Below, in pieces: positions 34,939-46,046 of a stretch of DNA of 64,000 nt. A program made the position numbers and the translations under genes. Below the pieces are notes generated by a model, which saw nothing but the letters and a program-made list of their open reading frames with translations, made no database searches and was not told where the DNA came from. The stretch covers positions 310,001-374,000 of the forward strand of contig JAIVFI010000012.1 of NCBI GenBank assembly GCA_025558095.1. Direction: 5' to 3'. The DNA is from Hyaloraphidium curvatum SAG 235-1 (Eukaryota > Fungi > Monoblepharomycota). How positions within the stretch are numbered: position 1 is the stretch's first letter; each line of letters starts with the position of its first letter.

Positions 34939-36544
34939 CGGGCGGGCGGAGTCCCGCGGGAGTCCGGGGTGTCTGCCGCGGGGGCGCGCGCGGCGGGTCG
35001 GCTAAAGTCGGCAACGCCCGCGGGGCACGGCGCGCGCGGGCGGCGCCGGGTCACAGCACCACGGGCAAACGGAGCGGGCGGGCGCGCTCTCAAGCCGCCG
35101 CCGGGGGGGGTCGCGCGGCGATGTGTGTTGTCTTGGGAACGGCGAGCGGGAGCGGATCGATCGGGAACCCCAGCCACCCTCTCTTCTGCCCTTGCGCACA
35201 GGCCCCGGCCGCGGCCGGCACCTCACCACAGCTGCTTTCCGAGCAAGCCGCCGCTTGGCCACCGGGCGCCGGGCAACCCGGCGGCCCTCCGGACTCGGCT
35301 GCAGGCAGCAACGTCGCGATCTCCCCGAAAGCGTGAGGAGAGATCGCCGGCCGAAACGTCCCTCAAACACTCCGCCGCCCCGCCCCTTGGTTCCCGGAAA
35401 CCCAACAAGCCCCGATCTGCCGCCATCATTTGCTCCGGACCGCCCATCCGCCAGCAAAACGAGTCAATCTGTGGCCGTCCGGCACCGCCAGGATGGATGG
35501 GTAAATATTCCGCAACCCCGCGCAGTCCTTCCTCCTTCGCAGCACCACACCGCCCGCCCCAGCGACCGCACCCGCCGATCCCCGGCCCCATCGAAAGCTC
35601 CCCATCGGGCCCGTCTCCCAGCAGCCCCAATCCGCCGCCCTTGCGCCGCAGAGTCCGCGGTCGCGGCTCGTTCCACCCCTTTGGGACTGGCCGGCGGCGG
35701 GACGTGGCCGTACGGCGGCCCGCATACCCATCCGGGACGGCCGCGCGCGGCCGTTTCACCCTCGAACCTGGGCTTGCCTACCAATCTGTTGGGAGCCGAT
35801 TGATACCAGCGGCCATCGAGTTCCGACCCCGCCAAACACGACCTCCCGACGGCCATCCATCCCTGGCCCAGCGGAGCCCATCCGCCACCCTCCCCACCAC
35901 CGCCCGACGCCCGCAGTCCCTCTCCGACCCCCCCGCCCATCGGATGCCCGCCGGCCGCCCTCCCCCGCGCGCGAACCGGTTTCCGGGTCCGCCGCCGCCC
36001 GGCGCAACGCCACTTCCCTGCGGGACGGACCCCCTATCCCCGCCCCGCCAAGGCTTTGCGCCGATCGCGGGGAATCCCAGCAGCTTTCTTCGCGGGTGTC
36101 GCGGGCGGTTGATGATCCGAGGGCGTCCCGGATGCCCGCCGGCGGGGGGAGGCCAAAGCCCCGCCCGCGCCGCCGTGGCTTCATCCCGCTTGCCCGGCGG
36201 CTCGTTCGCTCACTCCGTTCCGGCAGCACAGGATCTCCGTGGCAAACAAACAGGCGGGCTTCCATCCGCCGTTCGACCTTGACGTGCGGATTGGATGCCG
36301 GGAAAGTCCGAGGGGACATCTTGCAGCGGGCGCTCGGGTCTCGGTCATCACGGGGAGTGGTCGATCCCCGGTCGCGAGGGCCGGGGTAGGTCCTGCTGCG
36401 TGCCGCGGAAGATCTCCGCCGGGCGGACGGTCGTGAGGACGCCGGGGTTGCCAGAAACCGCGGATCCCGGCTTCCTGTTTGCTTTGTTTGTTTGCTCGAC
36501 ATCGGCTCTCCCGAACATGCTTGCACGGTAGCCTCCGTCCTGCG

Positions 36545-38943
36545 ATGGGCAAGCGCGACAAGCGCCGCAAGGCGCCCGACGCGTCCAAGGCCAAATCCGC
36601 GTCCAAGGACGCGCAAAAGGCCGCCAAAAAGTCGTCCAAGCTCCGCGCCAAGGAGAAGGAGCGCGACGCGGCGGTCCGCGCGCGGGACAAAAAGTCCAGG
36701 GGGAAGGGGAGCGATTCCGACGAGGAGGAGGACCTGGAGGCCGTGTTGGAGAGGCTGAGGGAGGAGCAGGAGGCCAGGACGAGGGTCGAGGTGCAAGCGC
36801 ACCCGGGGCCGTCGCCCAGGGTGCACGCGAGCTGGACCGCGAACCCGCTGAACCCGGCGGAGCTGGTGCTGTTCGGGGGCGAGCATTTCGACGGGAAGCA
36901 CCTGTTCGTCTACAATGACCGTGGGTCGATTCCCGTGGGCCGTCTTCCGTGGCTGCGGGAAGCTGACGGGTAACGGTTCAACTTCCCGACGGCAAACCCC
37001 CGGTGACGACCCAAATCGGTTGGACTCCGCTTGGTATCGGCTTTCCAGTCTTCGTCTACAATACCCAGCGCAACGAGTGGCGCCTCGTCTCGTCGCCCAA
37101 CACCCCCGGCCCGCGGTCCTCGCACCAAGCCGTCGCCACCCCGGCGGGCAAGCTGTTCCTCTTCGGGGGCGAGTTTGCGGGCCGCAACGGCAACAACTTC
37201 CACCATTTCCGCGATTTCTGGTGCCTGGACCTCAAGACATGGGCATGGGAACGCCTGGAGGTCGGCAGGCTGCCGACGCCGCGCTCGGGGCACCGCATGT
37301 GCCTGTGGAAGCAGCACATCGTCCTCTTCGGCGGCTTCAACGACGCCTCGGCGTCCAGCGCGCCCACCTACTTCGACGACCTGTGGCTCTTCTCGATCCC
37401 CGAGCACCGCTGGCACAAGGCCGAGCTCCCCGCCAACCTCCCCCGCCCGCAGCCCCGCAGCGGGCACCAGCTCTTCCCCCTTGCCGACGGCATCTGGCTC
37501 CACGGCGGGTACGCGCGCGTCCCCAAGCACGCGGAGCAGCGCATGCGCGAGGGCCACACGTTCGACGACGGCTGGGCGCTCAGGCCGCTGCCCGCGCCGC
37601 CGGGGACCGACCCGACGTTCCCGGCGTTCAAGTGGGAGCTCAAGGTGCGGCGGGCGCATCCCGACGTCGGGATCCGGTCGGGGGCGGTTATGGTGCCCTT
37701 TCGGGGGGACAGGGCGGCCATGTTCGGGGGGGTGAGGGACAAGGAGGACGAGGAGGCGATCGAGGGGACGTGCCTGAACGACCTGTTCGTGTGGCAGCCG
37801 GTGGGGAACAGGTGGTACCAGATGCGGGTCAAGACGGCGGACAACAAAGCACGGGAGGCGAGGAAGAGGGCGGAGCGCAAGGCGAAGCGCAAGGAGAAGA
37901 AGGTGGCGCGGGGCGGGGACGGGAGCGGGAGCGAGTATGACGGGTCGGACTCGGAGCCTGCGAGCCCCATGAAGGCGGAGGGTCCTTCTGTTGCCGAGGC
38001 TGCTGCGGCCGAGGACGACGACGAAGAGGGTTGGGCCGAGTGGGAGGAGCGGATCGCGCGGGAGGAGGCCGAGAGGGAAGGTCTGGCGCACACCAACGGC
38101 TCTTTGGCACCGGATGGGACCGCAAGTGCCCCGGCGACCGCGACCGAGGGCGCCGCCGCACCTGCCGAGGCAGCGGCCGCCGCGCAGCTCCCGAGCATGC
38201 CGGAGCAGCCCCTGGACCTGCCGCCTCCCCGCTTTTCGGCGCACCTGGCCGTGGTCAAGAACAACCTGTACCTCTTTGGCGGTATCCTGGAACTCACTAC
38301 TCCGGCGGGCGACGACATGGAGTTTGCTCTGGACGACATGTGGCTTCTGAACCTAGACAAGGCAGATGGCTGGAAGTGCCTGCGCCGGTGGGACGATGCG
38401 GAAGCGAAAAAGGCGTGGCTCGGCCAGGAGTCGGATTCTTCCGAATCGGAGGGCGAGGATGGCGAGGACGGCGAGGCTGGGGGGGAGGAAGCCGAGGAGG
38501 ACGGTGAAGAGGGAGCCGGCGAGGATGACGAAAAGGGCTCTTCGGACGGATCCGGCGGAGACAGCGACGCGGATGCCTCTGGAGGTGCGGCAAAGGCCAA
38601 AGCAGAGCCATCCGCGGCAAAGCCTGCCGTCGTGGACAAGGAGTTGGAGCTGCATGCCCCGCGGTACTCCGAGACCCTCAAGGACTACTTTGCCCGCACG
38701 AAGCAGTTCTGGCTGCAGCGTGCCCTTGCGTCGGCGGTGGAAACACTTTCGCTGACGGGCGAGAAGGGGCTCCGGGCGGGCGGGTTCGAGATGGCCAAGG
38801 TTGAGTGGGAGCGCATGCAGCCCATCCTCGAGGCGATGAAGGATCTGCTGCAGCTCGACGAGGAAACGGCGGCGGAGGTGGGACGCGGCCAGAAGGCGGC
38901 CGTCGGGAAGACGGGATCGGGGAGGGCTTCGGCACGGAAGTGA
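36545..38943 (+). CDS. Kelch-repeat protein, KLHDC4/Kel3-like, with C-terminal DUF4110; 1 intron
   Basis: Lys-rich N-terminus; PSPRVHAS, LFGGE, PRSSHQ, PRSGHRM, LFGGFND; C-terminal PRYSETLKDYFARTKQFW. Confidence 0.92.
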
Positions 38944-38994
38944 TGATCTTTGTCGCCTACATGGAAAGAAAGAAGATGTCCGACGCACATTTGC

Positions 38995-39798
38995 CTACCC
39001 GACCGTGACGCCTGCCGTGCGAAACGAGAGGCCAAAGACGGTGATCAAGAGGGCGCCGAGGACAAAGGTGAAGACCAGGTCGATGTATCCCGAGTCGAGC
39101 CCCAACTTCGTCAAGCTCCAAAGGGCCCACACGGCGAAGGCTGGCGAAAAGGTCGTGTGAGCGGGCAAGGCACAAAAGAGAGAATGATAGAACTCTTTAC
39201 CGGTCCAAAGAACGCCGATGACGGCCTGTGATGGCGGGATTAGATTATCGGCGACCAATGGACTTAGCAGGCCCACCGAATCCGCGCCGAAGCCCGTCTG
39301 CGTGATCATTACGGCCGCCAAGAAGAGGATGAAGCCGTCCCTGATCGCACGTGTGGCTGCCGCGAAGTAATCGCCCTAGCGTTTGACGAAGCTCAGTGCC
39401 CTTCACCGGACGCCTTCCAGGTGCGCTTTACAGACCCAGGTCGGCTCCTCGAGCCACTCCGCTCCCTTCTCCTCTCCAGGCACCGGCAGCTGCTCCTTTG
39501 TGACGGCGAAAATCTTGTAGAAGCTCTCGGCGAGGTAGCTGAACCACCAGAGGATCAGCTGTATGTACAAGATGACGTAGGCCGCTGGGAACGACCCCGA
39601 TACGTCAGACAGATGCTGCACTGCAATGCGAATCGCTGCAACGATGCTGCTTACATCGCAGAGTTCCGTACTGGGGGAGCGGGTAGAATGAGCGAACGTG
39701 CACCGTGCCGACGGGCTCTCACGCACAGGGAAGCCTATAACCCCGTCGATTGTCGGAGACTGTCCCGTAATAGGGTCGCCACGCTCGAACAGGGCCAT
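38995..39798 (-). CDS. Uncharacterised 4-TM protein, paralog A; 5 introns
   Basis: Spliced: MALFERG...FPYGTLRSAYVILYIQLILWWFSYLAESFYKIF...PTWGDYFAAATRAIRDGFILFLAAVMITQTGFG...LWTAFAVWALWSLTKL...IDLVFTFVLGALLITVFGLSF. Confidence 0.8.
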
Positions 39799-39943
39799 TT
39801 TGGAGGGAAGCTTGGACGGTGGACTGTCGGGGTGAAAGGTTGTCGGGCGCCCAGTCAGCGGTCGGAAGCGCCCCGCAGGCTTTCCACCAACACAACAACC
39901 AACCGCTCGTCCCTGGCGCCTAGGAGCGCCGATAGACAACGCC

Positions 39944-40806
39944 ATGGAGACTGCTGGAGAGCACCGTCTTCTCGCTCGGCAGCTGGGCGTCAACGTGACA
40001 GCCTTCGCTAGTGGGCTGCGTTCCGAGACCGTCTCACGGTCGACATCTGACCACGCCTCCCTGCTCCCTTTCTGGCTCGTATTCCACCCTCCTGCTCTTC
40101 TTTCCGATTCTTCGTTCGTTGGGAAGATGGAGGAATGTACTCCATCTGGATCATAGTCTAGTGAGGCTCCGTTGAACGATTTCCTCGACAGCGCCCCCGC
40201 TGAACGATGCGCTCCATCGCTGTGAACCTCGCTGAACGCGGCTCGGTCGTCCAAGCATCCTTCTCATCATGTGGATGGTCTCTTGGTTCTGCGAGTTTGT
40301 CTACGGCTTGCTCGCCGCGGGGAGGAAGGCTGCGGAGGGGGGCCAGAAACCGGGCGAGCGCAGGTCGGACTGGGGAGAGCGCTTTGCCAACTCGGTGCGC
40401 CTGCTGCGCGACGGACTGTTCCTCCTACTCGGGAGGTGCGACGAGCTTGCGTTGCGCATCTCGTCCCCTGACTGTCTGAATCCTTGCCCTTTGCAGCATC
40501 ATGATCAACCAGAGCTCTTTCGGGATCACGCGATCGGTAAGCGCAGTACCTGGAGTCAGCATTCGATGCTGCTGATCTGCAATCTGTTCAGGTGCTCGCG
40601 CTGACGTGGACGATATTTGCCCTCTTCATTGTCTGGTCTTTTGCCAAGCTCTTTACAACTTCAAAGTACGTGAATGCGAGCAACGCAGTCGAATTCGTCT
40701 TGCTGAGCCAGTTCGATGCGGCAGAATCGTCGACTTCGTCTTCTGGTGGCCTGTCGCAGGTCTTCTGATCGCAGTGTTCGCTCTTGCGTGGAATGCTTCG
40801 TCTTGA
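39944..40806 (+). CDS. Uncharacterised 4-TM protein, paralog B; 5 introns
   Basis: Spliced: METAGEHRLLARQ...FANGGMYSIWIIVYILLIMWMVSWFCEFVY...DWGERFANSVRLLRDGLFLLLGSIMINQSSFG...TWTIFALFIVWSFAKL...IVDFVFWWPVAGLLIAVFALAW. Confidence 0.8.
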
Positions 40807-40981
40807 GAGAGGAGGTGCCACTCTCTTTTAGCATTCTGAGTTGTACATCAACTGGAGAGAATGACAATGAGCCGTCGTCCTCGTTCGTTGCGTCGTTGCT
40901 TTTGGTGGCTTCCCTGACCGATGACGAAGCGGCAACTGTCAACAACTCCACTCCGAGCACACGCTCCCGCGCCGGTCCACG

Positions 40982-41668
40982 ATGAGCGCAGCTGCCTTTG
41001 ACGAAGCTACGCACTTCTCAAGCTTGCTACCGCGGCAGCCGGGCACCGGCGTTACCAACTATCTCCGCTTCCCCTGTAAGGACGCCCCCTCAACGACTCG
41101 ACGAGTCGGCCCGGAGCGCACTCACCGGGCCTTCCAGACAACAACCTCAGGTCCGTATGGGTGGCCGTCTTCGTCCTTGTGCTCATTTGGCACGTGGCTT
41201 GGCTCATCGAGATCTTTTGGGTCCGTGACATCGCGTTGCTGCCGCTGCCCTGGTTCACCGTCTTCCCGCCGAGCAGAAACTCTTTGTCCGCCGCCTTGAA
41301 GCCCCTCCGCCTCCGCGAGCTGGGCAGCTCCAGCCGCCTGAGCCTTACAAGCCGACCTGGGGCGAGAAGCTGGCCAACGCCTCGCGGATCATTCGAGACA
41401 GCTTCGCCCTGCTCTTTGCGGCCATTGTCATCAGCCAAGTCTCCATCGGCGTTCCCGGATACACCCTCGGGCTCCTTTGGGCAGTGTGGGCGGTGCTCGT
41501 CTTCTGGACGCTGGTGAAGCTGGTCACCGACAATGCGTAAGCTGATCCACCGGTCTGCTCACGGTCCCAGCTTATCCGGCCACGCGCAGATGGGTCGACC
41601 TCGTGCTCTGGCTTCCCGTTTCGGTCTTTCTCATTGCAATCTTCTCCTTGGCTTTCGGACGTGGCTGA
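40982..41668 (+). CDS. Uncharacterised 4-TM protein, paralog C; 3 introns
   Basis: Spliced: MSAAAF...LLPRQ...FPYNNLRSVWVAVFVLVLIWHVAWLIEIFWKLF...PTWGEKLANASRIIRDSFALLFAAIVISQVSIG...LWAVWAVLVFWTLVKL...WVDLVLWLPVSVFLIAIFSLAF. Confidence 0.82.
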
Positions 41669-41723
41669 ACGGAGGACTCTAGTGTTGCTGTGCTGTATCC
41701 ATGTCTTGAATCTCATCGTCTCT

Positions 41724-43670
41724 TCAGGTTGATGCAGTTGACGTTCGATACATGCGCCAGAAGATCCAGACTACCAGCGCCGATGTCACGAGACTGATGA
41801 CGGTTCCGCGCACGAGAAGGTACGCAACGGCAACGAGGAACACAAGCCCACCGTACACGAACTTTGCATGCTCGCGCGGCGGCCCTGTCGTCCCGGAACC
41901 CCGCCGGTTCTTCCGCACCACAACCTTGGCGCTCGAGCGTTTGAGGCTTCGCGCTTTGATGTTCGCAGCGTTGAGTGCGGGCAGGGATGGCTCCGGCACT
42001 CCTTCGGTGAAGCCCAGGAGGCGTCCTTCGACACTCCAGCGACCTGCTCCGACAATCTCGACGTCGACCATGCGCCCGAGCACCTCGTCATCCCGACCCT
42101 CGGCATCTACAAGGATTTGAGTGTAGCTCTTGTCATGTCCGATAAGCTTAACCCCGTCGTGCGCGCGATCCGTCACCAAGACGGCTCTGATCGTGTGGCC
42201 GACCAGGGCCTCGTACGGCCGGAACGCTTCAAAAACCTGGGTAATTTCCCGCGTCCGGTCCTTCTTCACGCTTTGCGGCACGACGGGCACCATGCGCGCG
42301 GCAGGAGTCCCGGGCCGGGGATAGAATTGCGAGATGTGGAGAATGGGGAAGGAGTAGCGCCGCACGAGCTCCACAGTCTCGCGGTGGTCCTCCTCCGTTT
42401 CGCCCGGGAATCCGCAAATCACGTCCGTGGCGATGGTTATGCCGGGCACGGAGCCGAGGAGGCTGTCACAGACGCGACAAAACTCGGCGGCGGAATAAAG
42501 GCGCTTCATTCGCTCCAGGATGCTGTCCGACCCCGACTGGACAGGGATATGCAGGAAGGCAAAGACGCCTGGATGATTCAAGACGGCCGATATCCTTTCC
42601 AAGTGGTCCACAATGTAAGGCGGGTTCGTCATGCCGACCCGAAGCCTGACATGCGGGTGGTGGTCCAGGATCCCCGTGATGCTCTCCAGAAGCTCGGCGA
42701 TGTTGGTCCCAATGTCGAGCCCATAGGCGCCCGTGTCCTCGGAAGTCAACCAGATCTCCACCACTCCCTCGCCAATGACCTGCTCGATCCGGTCCAGAAT
42801 TGCCCGCGGTTCGTAAGATCCCAGATTGCCGCGGGCAAACTTGGTTTTGCAGTAGGTGCAGGAGTTGAGGCATCCCGTGTTGATGGGCACGACCTCGATC
42901 AGCGGATTCCGGCGAATCTTCGGCAGGTCCAACGGGGCGCCGCCCGCTTTGCGCTTTCCGCTCTTTGACGTAGCCTCGATTTGTCCGTGGTCCGCGAGCT
43001 CCGCATCTGACGGCTGCGACTCCACAACATCTTCCGTCCGCTCCCGCACGAGCTGAACGGAACCCCCCTTCAGAGTTTCCTCGACAACCTCGACCACACG
43101 ATCGATCTGCTGAACTCCGACCACGCTCAGTCCATTCCAGCGTGGATCCCGCGGCGAATGTTGGGAAACGCAGCCAGCAAGAACGACCCTCTTCCCACTC
43201 TCCTTCGCCCGCTCAATCTCCTTGACAAAGGCGAGCTCCGAAGGATTCTTGACAGAGCACGAGTTGATCAGCCACAGATCGGAATCCTCCCTCCCTTCGT
43301 CGTCGTCCAGCACCACATCGTATCCCTCGCGCGAAAGTAGACCGGCCATGACCTCGGAATCGGAACGATTGTGGCTACAACCGTAGGTCTTGACGTAGAT
43401 CGTAGCTCGCCCGGGAAGGAAGTACGTTCCGCTGCCGATTTCCTTCCCGGGAGCCTCAGACCCGGCGTCCATCGATGGAACATGCCGCCTCTGTTTCGCC
43501 CCCGGCGGCTTGACGGCCCTCGTCGTCCGTGGCCGGGCAGACGAATGGACGAGAACTTCGGCGGCCTCCCCGCTTCCACTCCACAAATCCACCTTTCTTC
43601 CGCCACTCCGACCCCGTGCAACGTCTTCCACGGACAGTTCCTCGATGTCCTCTATGGCTTCCCCGTCCAT
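41724..43670 (-). CDS. CDKAL1: Threonylcarbamoyladenosine tRNA methylthiotransferase (radical SAM, C-terminal TM anchor); intronless
   Basis: KTYGCSHNRSDSE, LWLINSCSVKNP, AGCV, GCLNSCTYCKTKFARG (CxxxCxxC), EIWLTSEDTGAYG, RVGMTNPPYI, TRAM-like region, hydrophobic tail. Confidence 0.96.
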   Translation of the reverse strand: MDGEAIEDIEELSVEDVARGRSGGRKVDLWSGSGEAAEVLVHSSARPRTTRAVKPPGAKQRRHVPSMDAGSEAPGKEIGSGTYFLPGRATIYVKTYGCSHNRSDSEVMAGLLSREGYDVVLDDDEGREDSDLWLINSCSVKNPSELAFVKEIERAKESGKRVVLAGCVSQHSPRDPRWNGLSVVGVQQIDRVVEVVEETLKGGSVQLVRERTEDVVESQPSDAELADHGQIEATSKSGKRKAGGAPLDLPKIRRNPLIEVVPINTGCLNSCTYCKTKFARGNLGSYEPRAILDRIEQVIGEGVVEIWLTSEDTGAYGLDIGTNIAELLESITGILDHHPHVRLRVGMTNPPYIVDHLERISAVLNHPGVFAFLHIPVQSGSDSILERMKRLYSAAEFCRVCDSLLGSVPGITIATDVICGFPGETEEDHRETVELVRRYSFPILHISQFYPRPGTPAARMVPVVPQSVKKDRTREITQVFEAFRPYEALVGHTIRAVLVTDRAHDGVKLIGHDKSYTQILVDAEGRDDEVLGRMVDVEIVGAGRWSVEGRLLGFTEGVPEPSLPALNAANIKARSLKRSSAKVVVRKNRRGSGTTGPPREHAKFVYGGLVFLVAVAYLLVRGTVISLVTSALVVWIFWRMYRTSTAST

Positions 43671-43752
43671 CGCGGGCGCCAAGAGCAATGAACACGATGC
43701 CGTTTACCTCGCGTCTCAGAAAACAAGAAACAACCCGCGACCCGCACAGGGC

Positions 43753-45255
43753 ATGCGTCCAACTCGGGGACATGTTCCTGGGCCCAGCTCGGGAGGGAGC
43801 CGGGTTGGCAAAGGAGGCCCATCGCGGCCTGCGGCGGGGAAGGGAGCTAAGATTCCTCCGAAGACGCGGACACAGGCGAAGGCCGCCAAGCCGGCAACGA
43901 ACCTGAACCGCTCCTTCTACGAGGTCGCCGGCGGGGTGGTTCGGAGCTGCTTGGATCGTAGAGGGACGCCGAAGTCCCTCGTGTTGGGACGTTTCGAACA
44001 CTGGACCGAGGGGCGCCGGAAGAGGCTGTTCGCCGTGGTGTCGGAGGCCCTGAAGTACAGTGCCGCCGTTGAGGACATTATCGGAGCGTCGGGGATCCTT
44101 GAGGCGGAGAAGGAGCTCCCGAAGGATGTCGCGCTTGTTCTGGTGTACGAGCTCCTGTTCGGCAAGGAAGCCTCCTCCGTTGGGTCGAGCAGCAGGTTCG
44201 GTGCCATGGTCGCCCGCCACAGGACCCGCTTGTTTGCCGAGCAAGCTAAACTAAAAGTGAAGCGAGGGGTGACTTCGGATACGGAACTGGCAGCGCGAGG
44301 GTCGGGATCGGCTGCTAGCGCTGCGGCCCGCGACAAGGAGCCTTTGTTGCCGCGCTACGTCCGGATCAATGTGCTCCGCGCAAGCGTCAACCGTGTTCTC
44401 AGCGCGCTTGCTGACGAAGGATTTGAGTCTGGATTTGGGGACTTTTCGGACTTGGAAAACATGAAAGCCGTCTTTCCGGACGAGCACATCCCGAACCTCT
44501 TCCTGCTGCCACCGCGGACGGCATTGCACAACAGCGCTCTCCTTACAAACGGCGAAATCATCATCCAGGATAAGGCTTCCTGCTTTTCCGCACACTGTCT
44601 CGATCCGCCGCCCGGTTCCGTCGTTATGGACTGTTGTGCTGCACCGGGAAACAAGACCACCCATCTGGCGGCGATCATGGGGGATCGTGGTGTTGTCTAT
44701 GCTGTTGAGAGGGACGAGAAACGGTGCCATACGCTTCGGAGCTTTGTCAAGCGCGCTGGAGCCAAGTGCATCCGAGTCAAGCGTGCCGACTTTCTTGCCC
44801 TCGATCCGAAGGCCTTCGCTGATGTTTCTCACATGCTACTTGATCCGAGCTGCAGCGGCAGCGGAATCGTGGGTCGTACGGACTACGGACCGGCGGAGGA
44901 CGACGTCGTGGACAATGCACCGGACAGGCTCGCGAAGCTCGCGGATTTCCAGGCCAAAGCCCTGTGTCACGCCATGTCTTTTTCGAACGCACGCAGGATT
45001 GCCTACTCCACGTGTTCGGTTCACGCCGTCGAGAACGAGGAGGTCGTGAAGCGAGGACTCAACTTTAGCGATGCCAACGGCTTGGGTTGGAAGCTTTCGC
45101 CCGCCCTGCCAGAATGGCCCAGGCGCGGTCAACCTATTGCGGGCTTTGATGGCCACGAGCTCGTCGCGAGAACCTTGCCCGTTGAGGATCGAACGATTGG
45201 TTTCTTTGTGGCCCTGTTTGAGCGACCGGACTCGTACTTTGTGGCACGTGCGTGA
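43753..45255 (+). CDS. NSUN5: 25S/28S rRNA cytosine-C5 methyltransferase (NSUN5/Rcm1)
   Basis: LVYELLFG, LPRYVRIN, IIQDKASCF, DCCAAPGNKTTHLA, LLDPSCSGSG, YSTCSVHAVENE, GFFVALFER. Confidence 0.94.
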   Translation: MRPTRGHVPGPSSGGSRVGKGGPSRPAAGKGAKIPPKTRTQAKAAKPATNLNRSFYEVAGGVVRSCLDRRGTPKSLVLGRFEHWTEGRRKRLFAVVSEALKYSAAVEDIIGASGILEAEKELPKDVALVLVYELLFGKEASSVGSSSRFGAMVARHRTRLFAEQAKLKVKRGVTSDTELAARGSGSAASAAARDKEPLLPRYVRINVLRASVNRVLSALADEGFESGFGDFSDLENMKAVFPDEHIPNLFLLPPRTALHNSALLTNGEIIIQDKASCFSAHCLDPPPGSVVMDCCAAPGNKTTHLAAIMGDRGVVYAVERDEKRCHTLRSFVKRAGAKCIRVKRADFLALDPKAFADVSHMLLDPSCSGSGIVGRTDYGPAEDDVVDNAPDRLAKLADFQAKALCHAMSFSNARRIAYSTCSVHAVENEEVVKRGLNFSDANGLGWKLSPALPEWPRRGQPIAGFDGHELVARTLPVEDRTIGFFVALFERPDSYFVARA

Positions 45256-45383
45256 ATTGACGATTACCCTGATGCTGATGCTCGGGGCTTCGAGCCATGT
45301 AACAGTCCAGAGTCATGAGCTCGCGAAGGCCGTTGTGCAACTGTTGATCACTTCATCTCAAAAGTTGTCTCCAAGTCGCGACC

Positions 45384-46039
45384 ATGGCCCTTGTTCCAGC
45401 CGACGTTGCCGCCATTCTGAGCAAAGTTACGAATGCCTTGAAAGCCAGAAACGAGACGGTGGCAGTCGCGGAGAGCGTGAGCGTCGCGTTCTCCCCAATC
45501 TACGTATGACATTCACCGATGTCCCCCACGCCTTGTTCGGGCCCGTAACGCGCCAAGTCGGCCGGAGGACTCATCAGCGCGTACCTTTTGTCTGTCCCTG
45601 GCGCCTCTGCATACTACCGTGGGGGCGCAGTGCTGTACACTCTGCAATCGCGCTTGGCGTGGGGGGGATGGACGGAGGAGAACGTAAAGAACTACAAAGG
45701 CCCAACGGCGGACGGCGCCGCTTCCTTGGGTCGCCAAGTTGGAAAATCTCTGGAGGCGACGTGGACGATTGCTGAAACGGGCATCGCCGGACCGGTAGGC
45801 CTTTGCCTGTCCTGTTCAGTCACTCCCACTGACAACGGGCGAATAAGACCGGAGGGAAACGCCCGAACCTGATTCCCGGCTACTGCACGTTTGCCGTGAT
45901 TGGTCCCGTCTCGAAACAGATTGAGTTCAACAGCGGCTCGGCGGATCGTGAGGCCAATATGGTCACGTTCACGAAACGAGCACTCGAACTACTAGACGAG
46001 GCGATGGAAGAGGCAGTGTTGGAGAAGGCAAAGCATTGA
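45384..46039 (+). CDS. CinA C-terminal / PncC-like protein; 2 introns
   Basis: Spliced: LKARNETVAVAES|SAGGLISAYLLSVPGASAYYRGG...AETGIAGP|TGG...DREANMVTFTKRALELL. Confidence 0.88.
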
Positions 46040-46046
46040 TTGCAAA

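Noticed and set aside
34939-36544. 1.6-kb region with long ORFs on both strands
   Set aside because: Low-complexity translations; most simply the regulatory region or 5' UTR of the C2H2 TF and the divergent kelch gene
39403-40254. 283-aa minus-strand ORF as one protein
   Set aside because: Its 5' half is antisense to 4-TM paralog B, and the remainder is paralog A exons plus read-through introns
46025-46039. CinA-like C-terminus AKH as PTS1
   Set aside because: The terminal His departs from the consensus, so it was not counted
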